55,653 nucleotides of DNA, taken from positions 1-55,653 of IMG/VR virus record IMGVR_UViG_3300011114_000465; one strand, 5' to 3'. Both the position numbers and the translations under genes were made by a program. A model generated the notes under the pieces. It worked only from the letters and a program-made list of their open reading frames with translations, had not been told where the DNA came from and did not search any database. Source of the stretch: a virus (lineage: Duplodnaviria; Caudoviricetes). Each line of letters begins with the position of its first letter. The stretch's first letter is position 1. Below, one piece after another: positions 32,023 through 41,334 of this stretch.

Positions 32023-34322
32023 CACGACCCTCAGTATTACCAGTGCAGCTGGAGACCATACCGGCTGAGATGCGTGCTCTTGACAGGTGGGTGATGTGGC
32101 AGCTGGTGCAGCGCAAAGGTCGATGGACCAAGATGCCCAAGACCATCAACGGTGCAGCAGCAAGCAGCACCAACGCTGCCACCTGGTCGACGTTTGACGA
32201 GGTGTGCGACACGCTCCTCATGGGCGACGGCTTTGACGGTATCGGCCTTGTGCTCGGTGACGACGTGCATGGCATCGACCTTGACGACTGTCGAGACCCA
32301 GTGACGGGTGACTTGACTGACCTGGCCAACGAGGTGCTTGGCCAAGTGCAAGGTTACGCAGAGGTGTCGCCAAGCGGCACGGGCATCAAGGTGTTTGCGA
32401 AGACCAACCTGGACAGCAGTCGTACCAAGAAGGAAGTTGGTGTTGAGCTGTACAAGGACGGGCGCTACTTCACAGTCACCGGCCACCGGCTTAACGGGCA
32501 TGACCATGTGGTCGATGACGTGCAGGACCTGGCCTGGTTGGTTGAGAAGGTTTGGTCCGAAGAGCTGAACCCGGTCGATGACGTTGACGCTGACGAACGA
32601 GCCTTGGCCAACTACAAGCCAGTGCTCGAAGACTGGGACTTAGATCGTGTGATGACGAACGTGCTCCCACACCTGGACCCTGACTGCGGTTACGAAGAGT
32701 GGCTGAAGATCGGCGCTGCTTTGCACCACCAGGGCGCGGGTTCGGAGGAATGGCTAGAAGCCTGGGACAGCTGGTCGAGTGTGTCAGGCAAGTGGGTTGA
32801 GGGTGTGTGCGCTTCTAAGTGGGACTCGTTCAGTGAGCAGCGCAACGTGGGCCGTGGTGCCGTGACATTGGCTTCACTGCTGAAGGCCACGAAGGATAAG
32901 AGGGAAGCGGCGAAGAGGTCCGAACGTGACCAGGCAATGGTCGACCTGTTGGCCCAGATCGATGACGCGACAGACCCGCGCGACCTGCAAGAGAAGATCG
33001 CTGCCAAGGTCGCACACAACGGTGACCTGTCTGACGTTGAGCGTGCACAGATCGCGTCTGCGATCCAGCTGCGTGCCAAGTCGCTGGGCACGAAGCTGGA
33101 GATCGGCACTGTGCGTGGTTGGCTGCGGCCCCGGGTGCGTGCATCGTTCCCACACCTGAACGACGACGGCCACCCGCTGTGCACGCTGGAGAATTTCCAG
33201 ATACTGATCGACCGGCTTGGCTTGACGATCCGGTACAACGTGATCAGCAAGGCGGTGGAGGTGTTGATACCCGAGTCGACATTCAGCCGTGACAACAAGG
33301 ACAACGTGTCAATCGGTTACGTGCTCAGCGAATGCGAGAAGGTGCGCATGCCGACTAAGTTCGTGCAGCAGTTCCTTCTCATGCTTGGTGACGCGAACCT
33401 GTACAACCCCGTTCAGACTTGGGTCGAGTCGCGTGCATGGGACGGGGTGAGCCGGTTGGAAGAGTTCTATGCGACCGTGGACACGGGCGGTCAGATGGAC
33501 CAGGGGTTAAAACATTTGCTGATGCGCAAGTGGTTGATCCAGGCAATAGGCGCAGCCTTCGAGCCCGACGGCATAGCGGCCCAGGGCATACTGACATTCA
33601 CCGGCAAACAAAACATTGGCAAGACAACCTGGTTCAAGCGACTTGCACCTGAAGAGATGAACCTGATCTACACCGGCCACACCTTGGACGTGAGGTCAAA
33701 GGACAGCCAGCTGATCGCCTTGAAGTATTGGATCGTTGAGCTGGGCGAGATTGATGCGACGTTCAGGAAGAGCGACGTGTCGGCGTTGAAGTCATGGACA
33801 ACCCAAGCGGTCGACAACATTCGCAGGCCATACGCGATGACCGAGTCGACCTACGGTCGGCGCACGGTCTTCGGCGCATCGGTCAATGATGAGATGTTCC
33901 TGGCCGATCCGACCGGGAACAGGCGGTTTTGGACGATACCTGCCGAGGCTTTGTTTTTAGAACATAAGATTGACATGCAACAGTTGTGGGCAGAAGTGCT
34001 TGAGCTGTGGAAAGCGGGCGAGCGTTGGTACTTGACGATGGCCGAGACCGGTCGGTTGAATGACCACAATGATGACTACACAGTGGCCGATCCGATTGAT
34101 GAGCGGATAGGTGCGGCGTGGGCCTGGAGTGACAGTGTGGTTGATTGGGATTGGGCCACCGCGACCGATGTGCTGATGCGCGTGGGGATCAAAGACCCTG
34201 GTAAGCAGCAGACGATTACGGCAGCTCGCGTACTCAAGCGTTTGAACGGAGGGCAAAGGAAAAAGTCGAACGGCAAGGTGCTTTTCGCGATTCCGGGTGC
34301 GGCAAATGACTTTTTGTCGTGA
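32019..34322 (+). CDS. Primase-helicase (AEP primpol + PriCT-2 + VapE-type P-loop)
   Basis: GIDLDDC, EVSPSGTG, YFTVTG; YEEWLKIGAALH; GKQNIGKT, DPTGNRRFW. Confidence 0.92.
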   Translation: MTRPSVLPVQLETIPAEMRALDRWVMWQLVQRKGRWTKMPKTINGAAASSTNAATWSTFDEVCDTLLMGDGFDGIGLVLGDDVHGIDLDDCRDPVTGDLTDLANEVLGQVQGYAEVSPSGTGIKVFAKTNLDSSRTKKEVGVELYKDGRYFTVTGHRLNGHDHVVDDVQDLAWLVEKVWSEELNPVDDVDADERALANYKPVLEDWDLDRVMTNVLPHLDPDCGYEEWLKIGAALHHQGAGSEEWLEAWDSWSSVSGKWVEGVCASKWDSFSEQRNVGRGAVTLASLLKATKDKREAAKRSERDQAMVDLLAQIDDATDPRDLQEKIAAKVAHNGDLSDVERAQIASAIQLRAKSLGTKLEIGTVRGWLRPRVRASFPHLNDDGHPLCTLENFQILIDRLGLTIRYNVISKAVEVLIPESTFSRDNKDNVSIGYVLSECEKVRMPTKFVQQFLLMLGDANLYNPVQTWVESRAWDGVSRLEEFYATVDTGGQMDQGLKHLLMRKWLIQAIGAAFEPDGIAAQGILTFTGKQNIGKTTWFKRLAPEEMNLIYTGHTLDVRSKDSQLIALKYWIVELGEIDATFRKSDVSALKSWTTQAVDNIRRPYAMTESTYGRRTVFGASVNDEMFLADPTGNRRFWTIPAEALFLEHKIDMQQLWAEVLELWKAGERWYLTMAETGRLNDHNDDYTVADPIDERIGAAWAWSDSVVDWDWATATDVLMRVGIKDPGKQQTITAARVLKRLNGGQRKKSNGKVLFAIPGAANDFLS

Positions 34323-34525
34323 AAGGGTATTAGACGTGATTACATTACCCTGTCCTAATACCCTGACTCAAGTCCTTGATTCTTCTACTCTTTTTACCTT
34401 AAAGGGTAATAGGGTAATTGAATTGTTAGTATAAAAGGGGAGGAGAATATTTTTTATGATTGAAAAAATATCCCCCAATAAGGATATAGGGTTTTTGACC
34501 CCTAATACCCTATGCCCTAATGCCC
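34323..34525. other. Putative replication origin with (T/G)ACCCT/AGGGT iteron-like repeats
   Basis: AT-rich tract directly after primase with clustered AGGGTA/TACCCT repeats in both orientations. Confidence 0.55.
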
Positions 34526-34788
34526 TGGAACGGGATGTCGAAAGGCACCTGGTGAAGAGGGCCAAGGAGGCCGGAGGTATGGCACCTAAGTGGGTTTCAC
34601 CTGGCCACAGTGGGGTCCCGGATAGGATTGTTTTTCTGCCAGGCGGGCGGATTATTTTTGTGGAAGTCAAAGCCCCGGGCAAAAAGCTGAGGCCGCTTCA
34701 GGTCCACGTCAAAGGTCAGCTGGAAGCGTTGGGCGTGGATTTCAGGGTCGTCGATTCAAAGGAGAGCGTTAATGCTTTATTCTGCTAG
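34456..34788 (+). CDS. VRR-NUC nuclease (start uncertain)
   Basis: ERDVE..KWVSPG..GVPDR..FVEVKAPG...RPLQ. Confidence 0.9.
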   Translation: MIEKISPNKDIGFLTPNTLCPNALERDVERHLVKRAKEAGGMAPKWVSPGHSGVPDRIVFLPGGRIIFVEVKAPGKKLRPLQVHVKGQLEALGVDFRVVDSKESVNALFC

Positions 34789-36100
34789 GCCAGCTCAGGC
34801 CGTCACCCAGGCACGGATGCTGGAAAACCCTTACCAGTTGGTTGCCTTGAGGATGGGTGGGGGTAAGACCGTGGCAACCCTGACCGCGATCAACGATTTG
34901 ATGTTCGACCGGTTTGAGTTGAGCAAGACCCTGGTCGTGGCACCCAAGCGAGTGGCCGAGATGGTTTGGCACAGGGAGGCTGCCAAGTGGGACCACCTGG
35001 CCAAGCTGCGTGTGGCCAAAGTCCTGGGGACCAAGGACCAAAGGATGCGTGGGTTGGTGCAAGACGCGGATGTGTACGTGATCAACCGGGAGAATTTCGT
35101 TTGGCTGGTCAAGCTGGTGGCCGAGAGCAAGCAGCCCTGGCCGTTTGAATGCGTGGTGATCGATGAGAACATCGGTTTCAAGGACCGGGGCAGCAAAAGC
35201 TGGAAAGCCCTGAAAAGCGTCAGGAAGGCCATACGCAGGCTTTACATCCTGACCGGTACCCCAGACCCTAACGGGGATTTACTGGACCTCTGGCCGCAGA
35301 TTAGCGTGCTGGATGGGGGTAAACGATTGGGCAAGGGGATCACGAAGTACAAGGACAGGTGGTATTTGCCGGACAAGAGGAACGGCACGACGATCTACAG
35401 CTGGAAGCTGAAGCCTGGGGCCAGGGCTGAGATACAGGACCTGGTCAGGGATGTGATGGTGAGCATTGACAGCGACACACAGCTGCCGGCCCGGGTCGAC
35501 AACGTAGTGCCGATACCGTTTAACCGCAAGAGGTATGACGAGATGGAGGCAACCCAGATCAGCGGAGCGGTGGTTGCGGTCAACCCGGCGGTGCTGGCGG
35601 GCAAGCTGGCGCAGATGGCCAACGGCGCTGTGTATGACGACCAGAAGGTGGTGCACCCAATACACGACGGGAAGCTGGAAGCGTTGGCCGAGATAGTGGA
35701 ACAGGGAGAGCCGGTCCTGTGTTTCATTTCGTATGTACACGACTGGGACCGGATCAAAGAGAAGTTTCCCCAGGCAGTCAAGTTCACCGGCGAAGATGTC
35801 CTGGACGATTGGCAGGCGGGGAATATCAAGTTGATGGTGATGCACCCAGCAAGCGGCGGGCATGGCGTGGACGGGCTACAGGTGGGCGGCAATGTGGCTG
35901 TCTGGTATGGCCTGCCATTCAGCTTGGACCTGTACGAACAGGCGAACGCCAGGCTTCAACGACCAGGGCAAAAGCACCAGGTAACGGTGCACCACCTGGT
36001 TGCGATCAACACGATTGATGAGAGGATCATGCAGGTTCTTGAGAACAAGGGCGACATGCAGCAGGCTTTGATGGATGCAGTAAAGGAGATTCGATCATGA
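34772..36100 (+). CDS. SNF2-like helicase
   Basis: MGGGKT, VIDE, LTGTP, QANARLQRPGQ. Confidence 0.92.
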   Translation: MLYSARPAQAVTQARMLENPYQLVALRMGGGKTVATLTAINDLMFDRFELSKTLVVAPKRVAEMVWHREAAKWDHLAKLRVAKVLGTKDQRMRGLVQDADVYVINRENFVWLVKLVAESKQPWPFECVVIDENIGFKDRGSKSWKALKSVRKAIRRLYILTGTPDPNGDLLDLWPQISVLDGGKRLGKGITKYKDRWYLPDKRNGTTIYSWKLKPGARAEIQDLVRDVMVSIDSDTQLPARVDNVVPIPFNRKRYDEMEATQISGAVVAVNPAVLAGKLAQMANGAVYDDQKVVHPIHDGKLEALAEIVEQGEPVLCFISYVHDWDRIKEKFPQAVKFTGEDVLDDWQAGNIKLMVMHPASGGHGVDGLQVGGNVAVWYGLPFSLDLYEQANARLQRPGQKHQVTVHHLVAINTIDERIMQVLENKGDMQQALMDAVKEIRS

Positions 36101-36558
36101 CAAGCAAAGAAAAAATAACGAGTGCGCAAACGAGCAAGAACTTGGGTGAGACACCGTCTTATGACCTGGGTGACATTGACATCATCAGGGCATGCGGGAT
36201 GGCGGGACAGAGCAACCCGTTGGGGCTGTCGATTTGGAGGTGGCGATATGCCGGTGACACGCGCGAGGTGTTTAAGGTCGCGGAGGGTTTGATTGCAAGG
36301 GGGTATGAAACCAGGGTGGTGTATGTGGTGCTGGATCACCTGGCCAACGATGTTTGCAAGGTATGCAAGGGCCGTGGGTATGGAACGATAGAAGGAGCCC
36401 CGGTATTGAACGGTGAGGTTTGCGTCGACTGCCGGGGCACCGGTCGACGACCTTTGATTGGTGAAGAAGAACAGGCCCTGATCGAAGTGATCATGAGCCT
36501 GGAGAGGGAGATCGCGGGCAGCATCATGCGCCGACTGGCGCAGGACCTTGATCTCTGA
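36097..36558 (+). CDS. Lambda Q-like late antiterminator
   Basis: CKVCKGRG...CVDCRGTG zinc finger; last gene of replication operon. Confidence 0.65.
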   Translation: MTSKEKITSAQTSKNLGETPSYDLGDIDIIRACGMAGQSNPLGLSIWRWRYAGDTREVFKVAEGLIARGYETRVVYVVLDHLANDVCKVCKGRGYGTIEGAPVLNGEVCVDCRGTGRRPLIGEEEQALIEVIMSLEREIAGSIMRRLAQDLDL

Positions 36559-36943
36559 TGACCTGGTTGCAGTGAGGGCAGATGTCTCTGCCTTCACGCC
36601 TCTTGATCGCACGGTGAACAGCTGACTCGTGCACGCCGACTTGTTTGGCAGCAGCGTACACGGTCATGCCTTCATCGAGAACCAAGGCCAGGGCCTGCAT
36701 GGTTTTGGACAAAGGCTGTGCCGCATTTCGTGGATCGTCTCCGCGCTTGGACCAGATAGCGAAGGCAGCGTCTGGCCAAGCATCGGGTTTGCCGGTGAAG
36801 GCAGAGCACGAAGGCTGGCCAGCGTTGCCCCAGGCTACCAGGTAACGCAGGTCGTCCCGATCGGCCATGACGCGCAGCTTGTGGCGCACGTTGTCAGACC
36901 ACGGGATGTCGTAGATGAACTTGTCAAAGTCGAGGAGGTTCAT
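36524..36943 (-). CDS. HTH protein with C-terminal CxxC
   Basis: TVYAAAKQVGVHESAVHRA, CPHC; GGAGG RBS. Confidence 0.7.
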   Translation of the reverse strand: MNLLDFDKFIYDIPWSDNVRHKLRVMADRDDLRYLVAWGNAGQPSCSAFTGKPDAWPDAAFAIWSKRGDDPRNAAQPLSKTMQALALVLDEGMTVYAAAKQVGVHESAVHRAIKRREGRDICPHCNQVIRDQGPAPVGA

Positions 36944-37137
36944 GTCAAGCCCTCCAAGATTGCAACAGCGATAGCACGCATCTGGTGCCGGGGCAGTGTG
37001 ACCGAGTAGGCCAACTGCCTGGCGTTGGGGTCCTTGGCTGCAAGCCACTGGGACTCGATCTTCAGGTGGTACTGGTCGAAAGTCTGGGTCGGTGTGACCG
37101 CGACGTGCAGTTTGTAGTCGTCGGAGACATCGATCAT
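36940..37137 (-). CDS. Hypothetical protein
   Basis: GGAGG RBS, coupled. Confidence 0.6.
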   Translation of the reverse strand: MIDVSDDYKLHVAVTPTQTFDQYHLKIESQWLAAKDPNARQLAYSVTLPRHQMRAIAVAILEGLT

Positions 37138-37379
37138 GTCGTCACCTCCGGGCATCTTTCAAACAAGGCGACCAGCTTAGGGTCATCGATCTGGGTCCAG
37201 CCGTCTGGCCGATACCAAACTCCGTCCAGCTCGTGTGCGACCTGGCGACCGTAGTCGATTGGCCATCGAGAGGATTCGAGGATGCCCTCGCGGGGCATGT
37301 GTTGTGGTTGCACCGAATACACGGCACGGTTGCCGCTGGGCAGCGTGACGAGCATGTTGGTGTTCGAGAGATTAGGCAT
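37134..37379 (-). CDS. Hypothetical protein
   Basis: Coupled ORF. Confidence 0.6.
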   Translation of the reverse strand: MPNLSNTNMLVTLPSGNRAVYSVQPQHMPREGILESSRWPIDYGRQVAHELDGVWYRPDGWTQIDDPKLVALFERCPEVTT

Positions 37380-37909
37380 TAGAGCTCCTTCATTTTGGCT
37401 ACGGTTTCAGTTAAAGCGGATGCCATGGGCGCACCCCTGGCAGCGATGATGCTGGCCAATTCGGTGTAGTACCACAAGACGTCTTCCTTGGGTGCCTTGA
37501 ATTTTGCAAACACTGTGGGACCGTCGGAGACGATCGCCCTGGCGTTGTGCAATTTGTCAGACCCGGCAATCAGAAGAGCGTCGTTGCTTGCCTTGGCTAA
37601 GTGAGCCAGGTACTCGATTCTTTTTTCTTTCCAAGTGCCTTTGCCGAGGTGGCTGACGGCCATCACCAGGTCAGCGACATAGGGGCCAAACTCTTCTCTG
37701 ATCGGGACGATGTACGCCCGACCAGCGTCTTCGACCACGTCGTGGAGAACGGCTGCAATGGCAACGTCCTCACTGCCACCGTACTCCATGGCCATGGCCG
37801 AGACAGCGAGCGGGTGAGATATGTAGGGCACGGTCGTGCCGGTTCTGAATACGCCGTAGTGGGCGGCAACGGCCATAGCCACGGCTTTGGCATAACGGGC
37901 TCTGCTCAT
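37379..37909 (-). CDS. HD-domain hydrolase, SpoT/Mesh1 (small alarmone hydrolase) type
   Basis: AH....R.....PYISHP, AAVLHDVVED, DKLHN. Confidence 0.88.
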   Translation of the reverse strand: MSRARYAKAVAMAVAAHYGVFRTGTTVPYISHPLAVSAMAMEYGGSEDVAIAAVLHDVVEDAGRAYIVPIREEFGPYVADLVMAVSHLGKGTWKEKRIEYLAHLAKASNDALLIAGSDKLHNARAIVSDGPTVFAKFKAPKEDVLWYYTELASIIAARGAPMASALTETVAKMKEL

Positions 37910-37995
37910 AGTGGTCTCCAGATAAAAATGTCCATCAACAAAGCGGCCATGGCCGCGATGTATACGAAGGTGAGTGCAATGGCTTCGCGGTTCAT
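37906..37995 (-). CDS. Small membrane peptide (29 aa)
   Basis: Read manually: MNREAIALTFVYIAAMAALLMDIFIWRPL; coupled both ends. Confidence 0.55.
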   Translation of the reverse strand: MNREAIALTFVYIAAMAALLMDIFIWRPL

Positions 37996-38327
37996 TCGAT
38001 CCCCTGTTCTTTGGCAGCAGCCAAAATGATTTCGTCCAACTTGGCTTCGATTGCATCAGCGGTTGACTTGCTGATCATGTCGTAGCGCCCGTAGTTCTGC
38101 TTGATTTCCCTTGATACGCCAGGGATGCGAAACACGGTGCTGAATTCACGGGCCATATTGCAAAGCCCGTTGTTGTACAAGTCGTAGTAGCAGTTCGATG
38201 CCTTACGAAACTTCTCAAGGTGCTTGTTGACAGTATTTCCTTTTGGCACGGGGCCAAAGAATGGCAACAAGTCTTTGAGGCTATCTGCCTTGGCCTGGTA
38301 TTGGCCTTTGCTTTCCCAATATGTCAT
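37992..38327 (-). CDS. Hypothetical protein
   Basis: AGGAGG RBS; YW...G.YQ..YYDLYNNG..N motif. Confidence 0.75.
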   Translation of the reverse strand: MTYWESKGQYQAKADSLKDLLPFFGPVPKGNTVNKHLEKFRKASNCYYDLYNNGLCNMAREFSTVFRIPGVSREIKQNYGRYDMISKSTADAIEAKLDEIILAAAKEQGIE

Positions 38328-38344
38328 GTCAGTCCTCCTGATCC

Positions 38345-38416
38345 CTGGCAACCGGCCAGATCGGTGTGCAAGCGCACTGGTCAGGGCACCCGGGTGGATG
38401 CCCTGCACCGCTGTGC
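38345..38416 (-). ncRNA. Structured leader element, family B copy 1
   Basis: CAGC/CAGT-bulged hairpin then ACACCGAT-CTGG-CCGGTTG-CCAG before RBS. Confidence 0.55.
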
Positions 38417-39373
38417 TTACGCGGTTAACAAGTCCAAAGCGCGGGACTTGAGGTCAGCGCCTGCACCCCACTGGGATGCAACGAAGCGGTTCTCATCGCT
38501 ACGAGCGCGGACGTGGTGGTCAGCGTATTCAGTGACCGCGTTGAGGAAGCCCCAACGTGTACCGAAGACACCGTCCATGGTGGAGCCCATGCCGCCGCCG
38601 TTGAAAAGGTCGAGGACCTTCTTAAAGCCAGCAGACTCGCGAGCCTTTTCACCACCACCGAAGAGCGCAACAGCCATGTCACCGGCCTCCTCTTCGTGCA
38701 TGTCGACGTTGGCCAGGCTTGTCACTGTGTGACGGAAGGCATCCCATGCAGCAGTGTTCAGGCCCATGAATTCTTTGATCGATTCGGGGTTGAACACAGA
38801 GCGGTGAGTTACCTTGAAAGACGCGGGAGCGTCGGTCATGGCCATCTGCAAAGTGTTCTTGCAGACGGTACGCACAGTGGTACGACGTACCTCAGTGGAC
38901 AACGAACCGTCAGCCGATGTGCTGATCAGGATGTAGCCACCGATCTTGTCGGCCAGTGAAGCGGGAGAGGCTTCGCCGATCTTGGCCGTAGCCCAGAAGC
39001 GTTTGCCACCGTAGATCGTGCCAGCAGCTGACAACTCCAGGCCACCGGCCTTGGCGATGTCGCGGAAGAACTCGATCACTTCACCAGGCTGCACGACCTG
39101 GTACTTGCGGGACACGACACCCAAGGGTGCTTTCGTGTCGGAGCGGAACAGAACGTGCTGGTCCGGCAATTCCACCTGGCCACCGTTGTATTCGGTGTTG
39201 AAGCGGACGATGCCACGCTTGATCTTCCAGTCCATGCCAGCGGCCTCGCGCCAAGCATCGAGGCTGGTGCCGTCGGCGAGTGCTTGGCCAAGGCCGTGCC
39301 AGGGTGTTCCGTCCGAAGCCAAGTAGGCAAATTCGACACGGCCATTAGCGCGGGTTGTGAGTTCGTGAGACAT
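38417..39373 (-). CDS. DUF932 family protein
   Basis: PWHGLG, AGMDW, LGVVS..Y..VQ, RTVCKNTL, NAVTEYADH. Confidence 0.9.
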   Translation of the reverse strand: MSHELTTRANGRVEFAYLASDGTPWHGLGQALADGTSLDAWREAAGMDWKIKRGIVRFNTEYNGGQVELPDQHVLFRSDTKAPLGVVSRKYQVVQPGEVIEFFRDIAKAGGLELSAAGTIYGGKRFWATAKIGEASPASLADKIGGYILISTSADGSLSTEVRRTTVRTVCKNTLQMAMTDAPASFKVTHRSVFNPESIKEFMGLNTAAWDAFRHTVTSLANVDMHEEEAGDMAVALFGGGEKARESAGFKKVLDLFNGGGMGSTMDGVFGTRWGFLNAVTEYADHHVRARSDENRFVASQWGAGADLKSRALDLLTA

Positions 39374-39394
39374 GATTCATTTCCTTTACAAAAA

Positions 39395-39450
39395 ACCAAG
39401 CAGTTGCGGTCGCCTGGATACACCGCCAATACCCGGCACGCCGGGCATTG
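39395..39450 (-). ncRNA. Structured leader element, family A copy 1
   Basis: Repeat shared with 41145 and 41561; hairpin + predicted pseudoknot before RBS. Confidence 0.65.
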
Positions 39451-39456
39451 CAAGGG

Positions 39457-39759
39457 CTATGCGCCCTCCATTTCAAAAAGCCAGTCCCCACCCATAGCAG
39501 CTTCGACAAAGCTGATGCTGCCCTTGGTGCCTTCTTTCACGTCGTCCCTTGAGGGGATCACGTTGCCGTAGTAGTCACGGGCAGCAGCTGGTCCGAGCAA
39601 GCAACGGCCAGAGCTGATGGCGTCCATCATCACCCGGCCATAGCTGCCTTGCAGCGACCAGGCACCGGAGTTGATGGCGCGTTGCACGGCCAGGTAAAAG
39701 TCGAGTTCGGTGACTTCGTCATCCGACTCAATCGCGGCGATGTCGTTGAGTGTCAGCAT
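39457..39759 (-). CDS. Hypothetical protein
   Basis: INSGAWSLQGSYGR motif. Confidence 0.75.
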   Translation of the reverse strand: MLTLNDIAAIESDDEVTELDFYLAVQRAINSGAWSLQGSYGRVMMDAISSGRCLLGPAAARDYYGNVIPSRDDVKEGTKGSISFVEAAMGGDWLFEMEGA

Positions 39760-39971
39760 TCCAATTCCCCTTTCATGGCCCGGAAGATCAGGGCCTTACC
39801 TTTGTTGAGAGATTGCCGAGCGCCTTCGATGTCACCGAAGGCCATCTGTTCTTGGGCGTCGGACATCAAGCCCGCGACGACCATGTTGACGCCAGCAACC
39901 TGGTACGTGATCGAGTCGACCACGCTGGCGATGAATTCATCGATGTCGCAACCGTACATTTGGTCAACCAT
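39753..39971 (-). CDS. Hypothetical protein
   Basis: GGAG RBS; MSDAQE motif. Confidence 0.7.
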   Translation of the reverse strand: MVDQMYGCDIDEFIASVVDSITYQVAGVNMVVAGLMSDAQEQMAFGDIEGARQSLNKGKALIFRAMKGELEC

Positions 39972-39972
39972 G

Positions 39973-40260
39973 TCAGTTCTCCAAAGGTTCGGTTTGAGCG
40001 GCCAGCAAGTTGTAGCTGACGGTGGTGTACTTGGTGACCAAGTCGGCGGGAGCTTCGAGCTCCTGGGCAACCTTGGCCCAAGCAACGCTTTTCTTTTCAG
40101 GCGTCAGCTTGACGGTGGTGACGTACATGCTGCCTCTGTAAGTGCCAGCACCCAGCAACTTGATTTTGTTTTTCAAGTCTTCGGCCTGTTCTTGCAAGGC
40201 GTCGATCTGGTCTTCCAACAGGCCGAGCTCGTCGACCATCTTCAAAGCGGTGGTATCCAT
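39973..40260 (-). CDS. Hypothetical coiled-coil protein
   Basis: GGAG RBS; VDELGLL..QI..L. Confidence 0.7.
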   Translation of the reverse strand: MDTTALKMVDELGLLEDQIDALQEQAEDLKNKIKLLGAGTYRGSMYVTTVKLTPEKKSVAWAKVAQELEAPADLVTKYTTVSYNLLAAQTEPLEN

Positions 40261-40279
40261 AAGAATCTCCAAAGAAACA

Positions 40280-40352
40280 CCAGCGACCGGCTGGTTCGGA
40301 GTGTTGATCACACTGCACTGCACCCTGTCACGGTGCAGCACGCTGGGATCAA
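40280..40352 (-). ncRNA. Structured leader element, family B copy 2
   Basis: CAGC/CAGT-bulged hairpin then ACACTCCGAA-CCAG-CCGGTCG-CTGG before RBS. Confidence 0.55.
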
Positions 40353-40528
40353 ACGGCCATCTGTTCAGCGAAGATGTAATTTGCAGCGGCCTTTGCATCC
40401 TTGAGCGAATCGACGTTCCAGCCTGTGTAGCTGTCGCCGTCTTTGTCAAAGAACAATTCATAAACCTGAGCGGCTTGGCTGAACTCAGCCCAGATTTCGA
40501 CGTTGCCTTTTGATGCGATGAATTTCAT
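40349..40528 (-). CDS. Hypothetical protein (59 aa)
   Basis: AAGGAG RBS; read manually MKFIASKGNVEIWAEF... Confidence 0.65.
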   Translation of the reverse strand: MKFIASKGNVEIWAEFSQAAQVYELFFDKDGDSYTGWNVDSLKDAKAAANYIFAEQMAV

Positions 40529-40543
40529 GTGATCTCCTTTAAG

Positions 40544-40723
40544 TTAAGCGGGGGCAAACAGTTTCCGACCTTCCCTCATAAACACGCGGAAGGCAACAGC
40601 TTCCCGGTTGTCGAGTTCGTCGGCAGCGAGCATCTCTTCCATGACGAGCAGCATGTCGAAAAAGCTCATGCCGTAAATCTCGCGCTTGTCGTCGATGATT
40701 TTGATTGCGGTTGTGATGTCCAT
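40544..40723 (-). CDS. Hypothetical protein
   Basis: GGAG RBS. Confidence 0.65.
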   Translation of the reverse strand: MDITTAIKIIDDKREIYGMSFFDMLLVMEEMLAADELDNREAVAFRVFMREGRKLFAPA

Positions 40724-40725
40724 GT

Positions 40726-40938
40726 TTATCTCCAAACTGAGTAAGGTTCGCCACCGCTGAGCGCGATGTCGTAGGGTGAAAAGATCGGGGTGTATGTGCG
40801 ATTGACGCGCATAAGGTTGACAGCGTTGTCGTAGAAGTCTTCGCGCAAGGTGTCAAAACGCTTGCCCCCTACTTCTACCAGCGGCATTTCCAGGTCGATC
40901 AGTTGTACGCTGATCGGTATTTCGCGGTACTTTTTCAT
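40726..40938 (-). CDS. Hypothetical protein
   Basis: GGAGG RBS, coupled. Confidence 0.6.
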   Translation of the reverse strand: MKKYREIPISVQLIDLEMPLVEVGGKRFDTLREDFYDNAVNLMRVNRTYTPIFSPYDIALSGGEPYSVWR

Positions 40939-41129
40939 ACGACCTCCGGTGTGTAGGCGCTGACGTACTCGATTTCGTAACCGAGGGCCTTGATCACGGC
41001 CAGGTCGCCGGTGCTGAAAGTCTTTGTGCCGACCAGGGCAGCAAGCAACTCAGCAGTGCGGTTGCCTGGTGCTGGGTAAACCTTGGGAAGGCCGTACACC
41101 GATTTGATTGTCAAAACGACAGTTGGCAT
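40935..41129 (-). CDS. Hypothetical protein
   Basis: AGGAG RBS; KSVYG...YP..GTKT...IKALGY. Confidence 0.75.
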   Translation of the reverse strand: MPTVVLTIKSVYGLPKVYPAPGNRTAELLAALVGTKTFSTGDLAVIKALGYEIEYVSAYTPEVV

Positions 41130-41144
41130 GTCTATCTCCTAAAA

Positions 41145-41203
41145 GTACCAAGCAGTTACGGTCGCCTGGATACACCGCCAATGCCGAGCACGCCGGGCAT
41201 TGG
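41145..41203 (-). ncRNA. Structured leader element, family A copy 2
   Basis: See 39395. Confidence 0.65.
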
Positions 41204-41223
41204 AAGGGCCGAAGCCCTGGGGG

Positions 41224-41319
41224 TTAGGAGTTCAACCACTCCTCGAAGGTTTTGATTGGCCAGCCAAGGTCCCTGGCACAGGCCACGTAAATTTGATAAC
41301 GCGATTGCAAAGTTTCCAT
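41224..41319 (-). CDS. Small hypothetical protein (31 aa)
   Basis: Read manually METLQSRYQIYVACARDLGWPIKTFEEWLNS; AAGGGG RBS. Confidence 0.6.
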   Translation of the reverse strand: METLQSRYQIYVACARDLGWPIKTFEEWLNS

Positions 41320-41334
41320 GTTTACCCCTTGAAG

